NCBI GenBank assembly: GCA_944324175.1
Contig: CALUVH010000010.1
Coordinates: 2,166-66,165, forward strand
DNA length: 64,000 bases
Direction of reading: 5' to 3'
Source of the DNA: Candidatus Gastranaerophilales bacterium
Lineage (GTDB): Bacteria; Cyanobacteriota; Vampirovibrionia; Gastranaerophilales; Gastranaerophilaceae
The translations under genes and the position numbers were made by a program. Below the pieces are notes generated by a model. That model was not told the origin of the DNA. It searched no databases and worked only from the letters and a program-made list of their open reading frames with translations. Shown here piece by piece: positions 36,717 through 47,088 of this stretch (the first letter of the stretch is position 1; every line of letters begins with the position of its first letter).

Positions 36717-37673
36717 TTGAACGTAGTGACTTTTTTCAAAGAAGAAAACAAAAGAAATCATGAAAGTACTTTTTTGGTATTCAATACTGCCTGTCTTGGC
36801 GATGTTTTACTGTGCAATTGCTTAATACAAAATATAAAAAACATATATCCGAATTCAAAAGTCATATTCATAGCTGATAAAACTTATCAAGATATTGCGC
36901 GATACCAAATGGGAGTTGATGATGTAATAGTGTTCGATAAAAAGAACTTACACAAAGGTTTATTGGGTCTGATTAAATTTATAAAAGATTTTCCATATAA
37001 AAAAGCTGATTATTCCATAATAACATATCGAAACGAACGTAATTATTTCATTTCTCAAATGCTTGGTGTAAAAAAAATCCTTGTGTCAAAAAACAAAGAT
37101 AAAAATATTTCTATGCAAGAAATACACGCTAAAATTCTTACGCAAATTACTGACAAAGAAGTTAAAAACCTTCCAATTAAATATATCGTCAAAAATGAAT
37201 CAACTGACAAATTTTTAAATATTTTTGACTCCAATAAAAAAAGTATCGCCCTTTGTGCAATCTCAAAAAATACGGCAAAAGATTTCCCTATCACAATGGC
37301 CGTTGAACTAATAAACAGACTAAACAAAGCAGGTTACCAAGTAATTCTCACAGGAGCAGGTAAAAAGTCAGAAGATTTTGCAAATGAACTTAAACACTGG
37401 AATTGCAATTTCTACGATCTGGTAAACCAAACGACAATCTTGGAACTGGCGCAAATATTAAAAAAAGTTGATCAACTCATAAGCGTTGACACAGGTACTA
37501 TGCATTTAGGTTACGCCGTTGGAACAAAAACTTTATGTATATTTTTTGAAAAAAACACAAAAAAACTTTGGGCTCCCAGTGAAAAGGTATACAATAATGT
37601 AAAAATCTTCCAAAACCCAAATATTGACGAAATTATTGAGGCAGTTCAAAATGTCAAAAACACATACCAATAA
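36717..37673 (+). CDS. glycosyltransferase family 9 (LPS heptosyltransferase-like)
   Basis: The N-terminal FNTACLGDVLLCNCLIQNIKNIYPNSKVIFIAD and C-terminal ...LISVDTGTMHLGYAVGTKTL are the GT9 pattern. The start is uncertain (TTG 36717 or GTG 36726). Confidence 0.75.
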   Translation: MNVVTFFKEENKRNHESTFLVFNTACLGDVLLCNCLIQNIKNIYPNSKVIFIADKTYQDIARYQMGVDDVIVFDKKNLHKGLLGLIKFIKDFPYKKADYSIITYRNERNYFISQMLGVKKILVSKNKDKNISMQEIHAKILTQITDKEVKNLPIKYIVKNESTDKFLNIFDSNKKSIALCAISKNTAKDFPITMAVELINRLNKAGYQVILTGAGKKSEDFANELKHWNCNFYDLVNQTTILELAQILKKVDQLISVDTGTMHLGYAVGTKTLCIFFEKNTKKLWAPSEKVYNNVKIFQNPNIDEIIEAVQNVKNTYQ

Positions 37674-39444
37674 ACTATTTTTCTTTAAAGATTTAGATGA
37701 CCACTACATAATTTATCTGTTTGGAATAAGAATATGTCTAAAACATAAATCTAAGTTTGTATACAGAGAAGCAAAAGAATATGGAATAACGAATCAAAAA
37801 CGCAACCCTCAACTTATTGTTTCTTTGACGACTTATCCTGCAAGAATTAATACGGTACATAAAACAATCAATACACTACTTACTCAAAGTTTGCAACCTG
37901 ACAGAATAATCCTATGGCTTGGTAACTCTCAGTTTCCGCAAAAAGATAAGCAACTACCTGAAAATCTTATAAAATTAAAAAAACTCGGATTGGAAATACG
38001 ATACTGTGAGGATCTAAAGTCATATAAAAAACTCATTCCTACACTAAAAAATTTTCCTGACGATATTATTGTAACAGTAGATGATGACGTATATTATGAA
38101 AATGACATGTTGGAAAGCTTATACAATGCCTATATTAACAATCCTAAAAACATATACGTAAAACGTGCTGTAAAACTGGAACTACAGAATAATAATATAA
38201 AAAATATATCTAGTAGAAAATACTTGTATCAACATAATATAGAACCCACCTACTTAAACCAACCTATGGGCGGAAGCGGTTGTTTATACCCTCCGCACAG
38301 TCTAAATGAAAATATTACAAATACAGAATTAATAAAAACCACATTGCCAACCCATGACGATGTCTATTTTTGGAGTATGGCAGTTTTGAATAAAACAAAA
38401 ATTCAGGTGGTAGACGGATTTGACAAAAATCTGTATTTTGTAGAAGGCACTCAAGATGTAGGATTGATACATACAAACAAAGCTAATGCAGAAGGAATTA
38501 CCCTTGAAAACGCCTATAAACTAATGATTAACAAATTTCCACAAATATTACAAAATATACTTGAAGAATGTACTGATAAAACAGAATCCAATCAAAAAAA
38601 AATTTCAGTTATCATGCCGGTTTATAATACGCCAAGTCAATACTTGAAAGAATCTATTGAAAGTATTTTAAATCAAACTTATAAAAATTTTGAATTTATT
38701 ATAATTGATGATGGGTCTACTATAAAAGAAGTTAAGGAAACTATAAATTCCTACAAAGATCCTAGAATAAAATATTACTATAAGGATAATAGCGGTATTG
38801 CAAATACACTCAACTTCGGAATATCAAAGGCATCCGGTGAATACATCGCGAGAATGGATTCAGATGATATTGCGATAGCAACAAGATTTGAAAAACAAAT
38901 TGCTTTTTTCAAAAAAAATCCCGACATATCCATATGTGGCTCTTGGTATAGAGTTTTTCCCCAAAACAAAACAGTGAAAATGATCCCCCATCCAAGATAT
39001 TTGGATTTCATAAAAAAATGTTGTATTGGACATCCCACTGTTATGTTCAGAAAAAGTGATTTTGATAAATACAACCTAAAATATGATGAAAATTTTCTGT
39101 GCGAAGATTATGAATTATGGAGTAGAGCAGTTAGATATCTTCGTTTTGCAAACATCCAAGAGGTACTTCTTTTATACAGACTTTCACAACATAACATAAG
39201 CCAAATAAAACACGAGGAAATCATCAAACATTCACGCTTGGTAAAAGAAAATATGCTTAACTTTCTAAAACAAGACTCAAATAGCCAAAATAAAATTATA
39301 AGTATTTTAATAAAAAAACTCTATTATAAATCATTTTGTACTAGTTTTCTTTCACTTCGAAATACAAATGAACATCATAAAATCTTAACTATACTAGGAA
39401 TAAAAATTAAATTTACAAAGAACTTATTTCAAAAAAAAGGATAA
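37651..39444 (+). CDS. two-domain glycosyltransferase (N-terminal TTYPxR-type domain plus C-terminal GT2 domain)
   Basis: The first half contains LIVSLTTYPARINTV...VTVDDDVYY. The second half has ISVIMPVYNTPSQYLKESIESILNQTYKNFEFIIIDDGS and ARMDSDDI, the GT2 signatures. Confidence 0.75.
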   Translation: MSKTHTNKLFFFKDLDDHYIIYLFGIRICLKHKSKFVYREAKEYGITNQKRNPQLIVSLTTYPARINTVHKTINTLLTQSLQPDRIILWLGNSQFPQKDKQLPENLIKLKKLGLEIRYCEDLKSYKKLIPTLKNFPDDIIVTVDDDVYYENDMLESLYNAYINNPKNIYVKRAVKLELQNNNIKNISSRKYLYQHNIEPTYLNQPMGGSGCLYPPHSLNENITNTELIKTTLPTHDDVYFWSMAVLNKTKIQVVDGFDKNLYFVEGTQDVGLIHTNKANAEGITLENAYKLMINKFPQILQNILEECTDKTESNQKKISVIMPVYNTPSQYLKESIESILNQTYKNFEFIIIDDGSTIKEVKETINSYKDPRIKYYYKDNSGIANTLNFGISKASGEYIARMDSDDIAIATRFEKQIAFFKKNPDISICGSWYRVFPQNKTVKMIPHPRYLDFIKKCCIGHPTVMFRKSDFDKYNLKYDENFLCEDYELWSRAVRYLRFANIQEVLLLYRLSQHNISQIKHEEIIKHSRLVKENMLNFLKQDSNSQNKIISILIKKLYYKSFCTSFLSLRNTNEHHKILTILGIKIKFTKNLFQKKG

Positions 39445-39446
39445 TT

Positions 39447-40271
39447 ATGAATATTGCGTTTACAATTGATAATAAATATATTATACAACTAATGACAACC
39501 ATTGTTTCTATTCTGGAAAATAACAATTTGCCTATAAAATTTTTCATTTTGCACTCTAACATTTCTAATATAAACAAACAAAAATTATCAGAATTAGAAT
39601 TCAAATACCCCAACTGTAAAATCAACTTTATAAATATTGATGAAAATAAATTTAACACTCTACCTATAACTATTGATTATATCGGTACTATTTCTTACTA
39701 TCGCTATATCATAGCCGATATTATTAACGAAGAAAAAGCATTATATTTGGATTCTGATATTATAGTAAAGGGTGATATCTCTAGATTTTACAACACTAAC
39801 ATTTCTGAATACTACGCTGCCGGAGTTGAAGATTTATACATAAAAAATACTGACCATAAAAATAAAATTGGTTTTTCGGAGCAAGACCTATATATCAATG
39901 GGGGCGTACTGCTACTCAACTTAAAAAAACTTAAGCAAGAAAATATATCGGCTCAACTATTTGAAAATACAGTCAAATACAAAGATTCAATAAAATATCA
40001 AGACCAAGATATTATAAACATTACCTTCAAAAATAAGATTTTAGAACTCGATAGTATATACAATTTTGCATCAGAAAATGTAAAGAAACAAAAAAATAAA
40101 ATAAAAAATGCTAAAATAATTCACTATACAGGTTCAAAAAAGCCTTGGGACAAAGATTGCAAAAATAAACTTAAAAACGAGTGGAAAAAGTATAATAAAC
40201 TATTATCACAAACAACTCTAGATAAATTATTATCTAAAATACGTGACTTTTTCTTTAAAAGATTCTCTTAA
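39447..40271 (+). CDS. glycosyltransferase family 8 (LPS glycosyltransferase, RfaJ-like)
   Basis: IAFTIDNKYI..., YYRYIIADI..., the DxD motif in YLDSDIIVKGDI, and NGGVLLLNLKKL...DQDIIN...IHYTGSKKPW. Confidence 0.8.
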   Translation: MNIAFTIDNKYIIQLMTTIVSILENNNLPIKFFILHSNISNINKQKLSELEFKYPNCKINFINIDENKFNTLPITIDYIGTISYYRYIIADIINEEKALYLDSDIIVKGDISRFYNTNISEYYAAGVEDLYIKNTDHKNKIGFSEQDLYINGGVLLLNLKKLKQENISAQLFENTVKYKDSIKYQDQDIINITFKNKILELDSIYNFASENVKKQKNKIKNAKIIHYTGSKKPWDKDCKNKLKNEWKKYNKLLSQTTLDKLLSKIRDFFFKRFS

Positions 40272-40276
40272 TATTT

Positions 40277-41266
40277 TCAAAGTTTTTGCAATATTTTTTC
40301 CCAAGCAAATGCGGTATCAATACTGACATCTAAATTTCTTTTAGGGATCCAATTTAAAATTTTTCTGGCCTTTGAATTATCAGCGACCAAACTTGCCGGA
40401 TCTCCAATACGTCTTGGCTTTATTTCAACCGGAATTGATCTACCAATAACTCTTTCGCAAGCTGCAAAAACTTCCTTAACTGAATTACCTTCTTTAGTCC
40501 CGAGATTAAAATAATCTGTCTTTCCACCATTATTCAAATATTCCAATGCAAGCAAATGAGCTTGCGCAAGATCTTCTATGTTTATGTAATCCCTAACACA
40601 AGTTCCATCCTTAGTGTTATAATCATCTCCATACATTTGGAAAATTCTATTTCCACCAAATGACGATTTTAAAATATTAGGTATCAAATGAGTTTCAGGT
40701 TCATGCCATTCACCAATTCTAGCCAGAAAATCGGCACCTGCAACATTAAAATATCTTAATCTAACAGATTTTAACCCGTAAGCTTTGTCATAATCATCCA
40801 TAATCTTTTCAATCATCAATTTTGATTGTCCATAAGGGTTGATCGGGTTTTGCGGATGGCTTTCATCAATAGGAATGCTCACAGGCTCTCCATATGTAGC
40901 TGCTGTAGATGAAAATACTATCTTATTAACTCCATTTTCTCTCATAGCATCAAGAAGATTTAATGTACCAACTACATTGTTTTTGTAGTATTTTGCAGGA
41001 TTAATAACTGATTCTCCTACCTGTGAAAATGCAGCAAAATGAATAACTGCATCAATTTCAGTTGCCTTGAAAACATTTTTTACGTCATCCTCATTTAACA
41101 AATCACCTTGAATAAATTTTACATCTTTAATTTTACTCAATGCATCTACTGTTTGCATATGCCCTGTTGATAAATTATCGAAAATACAAACATCATATCC
41201 CTGCTCTAACAAAGCTAATGCACAATGACTACCAATATATCCTGCTCCGCCTGTAACTAAAATCAT
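40277..41266 (-). CDS. galE: UDP-glucose 4-epimerase
   Basis: MILVTGGAGYIGSH..., YGQSKLMIE (the YxxxK motif); 329 aa. Confidence 0.92.
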   Translation of the reverse strand: MILVTGGAGYIGSHCALALLEQGYDVCIFDNLSTGHMQTVDALSKIKDVKFIQGDLLNEDDVKNVFKATEIDAVIHFAAFSQVGESVINPAKYYKNNVVGTLNLLDAMRENGVNKIVFSSTAATYGEPVSIPIDESHPQNPINPYGQSKLMIEKIMDDYDKAYGLKSVRLRYFNVAGADFLARIGEWHEPETHLIPNILKSSFGGNRIFQMYGDDYNTKDGTCVRDYINIEDLAQAHLLALEYLNNGGKTDYFNLGTKEGNSVKEVFAACERVIGRSIPVEIKPRRIGDPASLVADNSKARKILNWIPKRNLDVSIDTAFAWEKILQKL

Positions 41267-41358
41267 ATTATCTCCTTAACAAACATTAATTACTAAATAT
41301 ACATACCCTCATTATTAAATCTTATTCCACATTTCACAAGCCTTATAACATATTCCTC

Positions 41359-42096
41359 TTATTTTAACTTTGCAATAATAATCACCGGTGCATAAGTTAA
41401 TTCGAATTTTGGATATAACTCATTATATTTTTCACAAAAGCTCTTCACCTCTTTAAATGTCCAATGCGAAGAAGAAAGTGAATTTACACCGGTAGATTTC
41501 AAATGTGCTAACAACTCCAAAGGACTTTTAAACTCAAGTTTTTGTGTATAGCTATAAGAATACAAAATATCAAACTGCTTTTCAATAATTTTTTTTAGTT
41601 CATCTACCGTTTTATAATCAAGTGACACCCCTGCTATCTCTTTTAATTCTTTAAAATTTTCAGAAGAAAAAGTCGTAAAAGCTAAAACACCATTTTTTTC
41701 AAGCAGTTTTACAAAGTGCAACAAAGATTTTTCTAAATCCTTAAACCACTGGAACATCGCATTCGAAATTATTAAATCAAATTTTGTATTTAAGGATATT
41801 TTCTGCGCATTTCCACAAACAAACTGACAGTCAGGAATAATTTCAGTAATATAATTTTTCGATTTTTTTATCAAATCATTGGCAAAATATTTATTATATT
41901 TCAAGCTTTTAACTATTTCCTTTGTTAAAACACCTGTACCACAACCGAGTTCCAATATTTTCTCATAATTTGTATCAATATTAACAACTGCCTCAATAAG
42001 TTTTTTAGCAAGCTCTGACTGAACAATAGCATTCTCGCCATAACTATCCATGCTTTTTTCAAATTGTCTTTTTACTATTTTAGGGTTTATCTGCAT
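41359..42096 (-). CDS. bioC: malonyl-[ACP] O-methyltransferase BioC
   Basis: VKRQFEKSMDSYGENAIVQ... and ILELGCGTGVLT (SAM motif I). It sits immediately after bioG and bioF. Confidence 0.8.
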   Translation of the reverse strand: MQINPKIVKRQFEKSMDSYGENAIVQSELAKKLIEAVVNIDTNYEKILELGCGTGVLTKEIVKSLKYNKYFANDLIKKSKNYITEIIPDCQFVCGNAQKISLNTKFDLIISNAMFQWFKDLEKSLLHFVKLLEKNGVLAFTTFSSENFKELKEIAGVSLDYKTVDELKKIIEKQFDILYSYSYTQKLEFKSPLELLAHLKSTGVNSLSSSHWTFKEVKSFCEKYNELYPKFELTYAPVIIIAKLK

Positions 42097-42752
42097 TCTA
42101 ATATATCTTCCCAACTTTCAAAATTATAAAACGGGAAATGTCCGCAATCAAGTCTAATTGCAATATTTCCCCAACAATTCAGCTGATTTTTAGTTGGAAT
42201 AATCTTATCTTTTATTCCAACTATAGCGCGTTGATAAAATTCATTATCATAAGTTTGATTAGTTCCTTTAATAAATTCATTTAAACTTTCAAGCTCAATG
42301 ACACGACTATCAACTGATCGCTCCACCGGTGTTTTAAGATATCTAATAAGAAATGCCTCATTAGAAAATACATTTTTGTAAAATTTGTCTTTTAACCCAA
42401 TTTCTGCATACTGTAAAGTTAAATCAAAAGTTCTATGCGGAATACCCCTTTCATCATCAATCGGGTATGGAGTTCCATTTATAGCAAGAGCATCAGCAAG
42501 CTTTGGAAGTTCGTCTTTTAAGTAAAATGCAACAAAAACCCCCATAGACCAAGCGATTAAACGGACTTTTTCATACACTTTATTTCCCAATATTTCATCT
42601 AATGAAAATTTCAAATCTGTATAATCATAAAACATTAAAACATCGTTATTACCGCAATCTAAGTATTCAAAAGGCTTATAGTCAAAGCTCCAGCCTCCGA
42701 AAAAGATTATCAAATCCTTATTATCAGATTTATTTAACCAGTGATATTGCAT
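42087..42752 (-). CDS. bioG: pimeloyl-[ACP] methyl ester esterase BioG (DUF452 family)
   Basis: DLIIFFGGWSFD...MFYDYTDL...LIAWSMGV fits DUF452/BioG. It lies between bioF and bioC. Confidence 0.7.
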   Translation of the reverse strand: MQYHWLNKSDNKDLIIFFGGWSFDYKPFEYLDCGNNDVLMFYDYTDLKFSLDEILGNKVYEKVRLIAWSMGVFVAFYLKDELPKLADALAINGTPYPIDDERGIPHRTFDLTLQYAEIGLKDKFYKNVFSNEAFLIRYLKTPVERSVDSRVIELESLNEFIKGTNQTYDNEFYQRAIVGIKDKIIPTKNQLNCWGNIAIRLDCGHFPFYNFESWEDILECR

Positions 42753-43864
42753 TTTAATATCTCCATTAATTTTACCAAATCTTTTTGTTGAATTTCTGTA
42801 GTCAAAGACAATCTTATTCTAGATGTACCAACAGGAACTGTAGGCGGTCTTATTGGAAGAGTAAAATAACCGTTTTGATACAAAATATCACACATTTCAA
42901 CAGTCTTTTGATTTTCCCCTATTACAACAGGTATTATATGACTTTCACTGTTTAGTTTTCTACCTAATTCAAGCATGTACTTCCTTTTTTCAAAAGTATC
43001 GGGCAATTTATTTTCAATTATCCACTTTGAAAAAGCAACATTTATTGGAGGAAGAGCAGTCGAAAAAATAAAAGAACGTGCCTTATTGATAAGATAATCA
43101 ATCAAAACCTTATTACCAGTTGCAAATGCCCCCATAGACCCAATCGCCTTTCCAAAAGTACCAATAATCAAATCTACTTCATTAATCAAACCTAAAGTTT
43201 CGCAAACACCCAACCCTTTTTTACCAAAGACACCGAATGCATGGGCTTCATCAAGCACCAAAATACAATTATATTTATTCTTTAATTCGACTAAACGGCA
43301 AATATCTGCGATATCACCATCCATACTAAAAACACTTTCTGAAACAATTACCGCGTTATTAAAATTTTTACGTTCTCGAATTAAAAGCCTTTCAAGAGCT
43401 TCCATATCATTATGAGGATATCTGAAAAATTTCCCTTCAGACAATTTCATCCCATCAATTATGCTGGCATGATTGAGCTTATCTGAAAATATAACATCTC
43501 CACGCGCTGCAAGTGAACTGTTAATCCCTACATTAGCATGATATCCGCTATTAAATAAAAGCGTTGCACTTTTGCAAAACAGAACTGCTATCAATTCTTC
43601 TAACTCACGATAGATAGGTAATGTTCCTGTCAATAACCTTGCAGAAGCACTTCCAAATGAATACTTATCTCCCTCACTATCCAAAAATTCTCGGGTAATA
43701 CTTTTACTATCCGCAAAGCCTAGATAATTGTTAGACGATAAATTCAAAAATCTTTTATCATCAAAATAAATATACTTCTCATCCTTTGAAGAAAAATCTT
43801 TAATATTTCTCAAATGAGAATTTTCATCTAATTTCTTTATAATTTCGTAATAACTTTCATACAT
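42734..43864 (-). CDS. bioF: 8-amino-7-oxononanoate synthase
   Basis: A class II aminotransferase with NHASIIDG, LDEAHAFGVFG and GTFGKAIGSMG (the PLP lysine). 376 aa. Confidence 0.88.
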   Translation of the reverse strand: MYESYYEIIKKLDENSHLRNIKDFSSKDEKYIYFDDKRFLNLSSNNYLGFADSKSITREFLDSEGDKYSFGSASARLLTGTLPIYRELEELIAVLFCKSATLLFNSGYHANVGINSSLAARGDVIFSDKLNHASIIDGMKLSEGKFFRYPHNDMEALERLLIRERKNFNNAVIVSESVFSMDGDIADICRLVELKNKYNCILVLDEAHAFGVFGKKGLGVCETLGLINEVDLIIGTFGKAIGSMGAFATGNKVLIDYLINKARSFIFSTALPPINVAFSKWIIENKLPDTFEKRKYMLELGRKLNSESHIIPVVIGENQKTVEMCDILYQNGYFTLPIRPPTVPVGTSRIRLSLTTEIQQKDLVKLMEILKCNITG

Positions 43865-44022
43865 ACTTTGATTTTATTCCAAACAGAAAAAAATTTCATC
43901 TATTTGAATGATTTTCTATTATAACTGTTTAAATTATAGTCAAAAAGGGAATATAAGAAGTATGAAGCATCCCATACTTATTGGTTATTTTAATGGACAA
44001 TTTAAAAATAGCGGAGAATAAT

Positions 44023-44715
44023 GTGAGACAGTTATTATTAAAAAAAGGTTTTCAGCCAAAATCTTGGAAATCAGCGTTTACTTTATCTGATTTATTGATA
44101 ACACTTCTTGTTGTGGGCACAATTGCTTCATTACTTATAAGCAATATTGTTTCATCCATTGAGGAATCAAGAAACATGGCTGCACTGAGAAAAATCCAAA
44201 GCTCACTGGCACAGGTAACTCAACTTGTAATCAATGATAACATGTCACCTTTATATTGGGATTTAAAAGATTATGACTATGAGTCAGCAGCAAAGGCATA
44301 TACTTATTATAAACCCTACTTTAAAGTCCTAAGAGAATGCTCAAATGAGCCCGGTTGTTGGAAATATCCGACAAAATATCTGAGTGGTAAAGTATATTTA
44401 ACAGATGTAGAACCTTATCAATACATGTTTACTCTAACTGATGGTATGAACGTACTTGTGAACGTTTTTTCAGAACAAATCATTAGAGAAGAATTTGGAG
44501 TTAACGTGGATGCTCCGTCTGTCGTGTTTATTGTCGATGTAAACGGAGACAGAAGACCTAACCAAGTTGGTTCTGATATCTTTGCTTTTGTGCTGCGCGG
44601 AGAAACCATTCTACCTGCTGGACATGATTCTTCTTATAACTGCAATACCGCAGCACTGGGATTAGCTTGTACCGCAAGAGTTATACGCGATAACTATCAA
44701 ATCAGTTACTATTAA
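44023..44715 (+). CDS. prepilin-type N-terminal domain (pseudopilin-like) protein
   Basis: KSA-FTLSDLLITLLVVGTIASLL is a pilin signal, and VDVNGDRRPNQVGSDIFAF is shared with the other two pilin-like proteins. The start is uncertain: GTG 44023 has a GGAG SD, and ATG 43993 is also in frame. Confidence 0.65.
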   Translation: MRQLLLKKGFQPKSWKSAFTLSDLLITLLVVGTIASLLISNIVSSIEESRNMAALRKIQSSLAQVTQLVINDNMSPLYWDLKDYDYESAAKAYTYYKPYFKVLRECSNEPGCWKYPTKYLSGKVYLTDVEPYQYMFTLTDGMNVLVNVFSEQIIREEFGVNVDAPSVVFIVDVNGDRRPNQVGSDIFAFVLRGETILPAGHDSSYNCNTAALGLACTARVIRDNYQISYY

Positions 44716-46028
44716 AGATCTTCATCTACATAAAGATCAAATTCCTGATCATTCACCTCGCGCAAAAAATTTGTCCAACTGTTATAATATTCTGCTAATG
44801 CCTGAGTATATCCGATTATTATTGAGCGATATGATTGTTTCATGACAATTAAAGAAGTAATGTCAGATTTACCTGTCTCATAACTTTTTGTTGATACATT
44901 TATCAACTCTTCTGAATCCGTCAATATTTTCTTCTCATAATGATTAAGATTTACTCTAGCTGTCAAAAATCTGTCATAAGCCGAATGCAAATCTATTAAA
45001 GCTTTATTTTCAACAGATGTATAGTTCAGATTTGCCTGCTCAAGCGCAAGTTTTGCATTTTTAATCTCAGGCGAATAATTATAAAAAAGAGGAATATTAA
45101 CAAGATTTGCACCGGCATAAGCTCCACCATTAAAACGGTTATCATCAGTATGATTTGCTTTTTGATACAACCAACCACCTATTATTTCAATATCAGGTAC
45201 TCTTTGCCTTGCTACAACTATTAAATTTTTATGCGCAATATCAACTTGATTTTTAGCAATTTTTATATCAAAACGGTTTGTCAATGCCCTCTCATCAATT
45301 TCATCAAAAGTTGGCATTTCCCTTTGAGGATCAGGAGTTAAAAGCTCTTCAAAATTATTTTCTTCTGCGAATATCTTATCTACAGAATCATATACAATTT
45401 TATTTTTATCATTGATAACTTTATTGAAATTATTTAACGCCGTTTTTACATCAACATCAGCAGAATTTACTTGAGTTATCATTTGATTCAATGCTATTTC
45501 AGCTTGAATAACATCAATTTCAGGGACTAAATTTGCTTTATATCTTTTTTTTGCAATACTTAAAAGATTTTCTTGCAGACTTTGTTGCTGTTTTAGCGTA
45601 TACAAAATTGATTTTGCAGCGACTAATTTGACATAAGCTTCCCTTACATCCATTTTCAGCTTAAACTTGTTAAATTTCACATATTCATTAACTAATTCCA
45701 AATTAGCTTTAGCTAACTGTTTACGAGGTCCACGCTTACCTATTTCAATAAGCTCAGAAGCTCCAATTTGTTGAGGCTCACTCCATCCAGCAGCTCCATA
45801 ATTAAAAAATGTATTTATACTCGGATTATTTAGACGATTAGCTTGTTTTATAGCATTTTGCGCAATATTAATATTTAACTTAGATGTCATTAAATCTAAA
45901 TTATTTTCGACCGCAACATTTATCGCCTGTTGTAAATCAACCTTTCTAACACTATCCTCGATTGCTCCACAATTCTGTGAGATGATTATATTTAACAATA
46001 AAAATATTGATATTATAGTCTTTTTCAT
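44712..46028 (-). CDS. TolC-family outer membrane efflux protein
   Basis: Signal peptide, then two repeats of the outer-membrane-factor pattern (DLQQAINVAVENNLDL..., ...AQNAIKQA...). About 440 aa. Confidence 0.8.
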   Translation of the reverse strand: MKKTIISIFLLLNIIISQNCGAIEDSVRKVDLQQAINVAVENNLDLMTSKLNINIAQNAIKQANRLNNPSINTFFNYGAAGWSEPQQIGASELIEIGKRGPRKQLAKANLELVNEYVKFNKFKLKMDVREAYVKLVAAKSILYTLKQQQSLQENLLSIAKKRYKANLVPEIDVIQAEIALNQMITQVNSADVDVKTALNNFNKVINDKNKIVYDSVDKIFAEENNFEELLTPDPQREMPTFDEIDERALTNRFDIKIAKNQVDIAHKNLIVVARQRVPDIEIIGGWLYQKANHTDDNRFNGGAYAGANLVNIPLFYNYSPEIKNAKLALEQANLNYTSVENKALIDLHSAYDRFLTARVNLNHYEKKILTDSEELINVSTKSYETGKSDITSLIVMKQSYRSIIIGYTQALAEYYNSWTNFLREVNDQEFDLYVDEDL

Positions 46029-46077
46029 CGCTTCAGTCAAGATATATGCACTCTAACATTTTACCACAAAAATTGTA

Positions 46078-46614
46078 TCAAATAAACTCCTTTTTTATAA
46101 GATTATACAATTCAAAGGTAATCTTACAATCTTTCAAAGCACGGTGATGACCTTCTGTATTAATTCCATAATAGTTAGCAAGAGTACTAAGCTTATGATT
46201 TGGAGTAGAGCAAAAACGTCTCGCCATTTTACAAGTATCAAAATATTCATTAAAAAGATGTTTACCAAAGTATTTGTAATAATTTGCTGAAATAAAACCT
46301 ATATCAAATTTTATGTTGTGCCCCAATAAAATATCATCACCAACAAAACGTTTAAATTTGGGCAACACCTGATAAATTTTAGGAGCGTATAGTAACATTG
46401 AATTATTAATACCCGTCAGGTCTGTAATAAATCTAGAAACTCTACAACTTGGTTTTATCAATGTCGAAAATTTACCAACTATTTTATCATTACGGACTTT
46501 CAACGCTGAAATTTCAATTATCTCATCAAGTTGTCTTGAAAAACCGGTAGTCTCAATATCGACAACTGTATAATCAGTAGGGTATTCTATTAATGTATTC
46601 GCAGTATTTATCAT
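46078..46614 (-). CDS. DnaQ-like 3'-5' exonuclease (DEDDh)
   Basis: Exo I is VVDIETTG, Exo II is LLGHNIKFDIGF, and Exo III is HRALKDC. Confidence 0.8.
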   Translation of the reverse strand: MINTANTLIEYPTDYTVVDIETTGFSRQLDEIIEISALKVRNDKIVGKFSTLIKPSCRVSRFITDLTGINNSMLLYAPKIYQVLPKFKRFVGDDILLGHNIKFDIGFISANYYKYFGKHLFNEYFDTCKMARRFCSTPNHKLSTLANYYGINTEGHHRALKDCKITFELYNLIKKEFI

Positions 46615-46767
46615 ATTTCTAACCTTGTCTATACTTAATATTGTACACAATTTTATTTTAAAAAGCAATTAAATTTTTAATGAATTTTGAAGCAGTTATA
46701 ACTCTATTCAATCGGTGATTTATTTTTTTTAAAGAATATAAAATCATTTTCATAAAAGGAGAGTTTG

Positions 46768-47088
46768 ATGAAAAAATATTTAATTTTATCTTTAATAATA
46801 AGTTTAATTTCTTCAAGCGTAATAGCATCAGAATGCGGCTATAGCTATAGAATGCAAAAACAGATGTTAAAGAACAAAAAAAATGTCCAATACAAAGTAA
46901 TAGATGCACAAATTCAAGGGAAATTACTCGCAATACAAGAATTGGCAGGAAGTATGCCCTGTACAAACGAAGCAAGAAAAGAACGTATACATCTTTATCA
47001 ATCGGATATAGAAAACCTTACAAATCAAAAATTAATTATCAAAAACAATTACAAATGTGCCTTAAAAAATCTACGGAATTGTCATTAA
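46768..47088 (+). CDS. small secreted hypothetical protein
   Basis: SD AAGGAGAG and the signal peptide MKKYLILSLIISLISSSVIASE. Its stop overlaps the convergent KS gene stop (TTAA). Confidence 0.45.
   Translation: MKKYLILSLIISLISSSVIASECGYSYRMQKQMLKNKKNVQYKVIDAQIQGKLLAIQELAGSMPCTNEARKERIHLYQSDIENLTNQKLIIKNNYKCALKNLRNCH

Noticed and set aside
46658-46975. 105-aa minus-strand ORF overlapping the small secreted-protein gene.
   Set aside because: The product is Leu/Phe/Ile-rich with no motif. It begins inside the exonuclease gene's upstream region and has no SD. The plus-strand ORF has a strong SD and a clean signal peptide.
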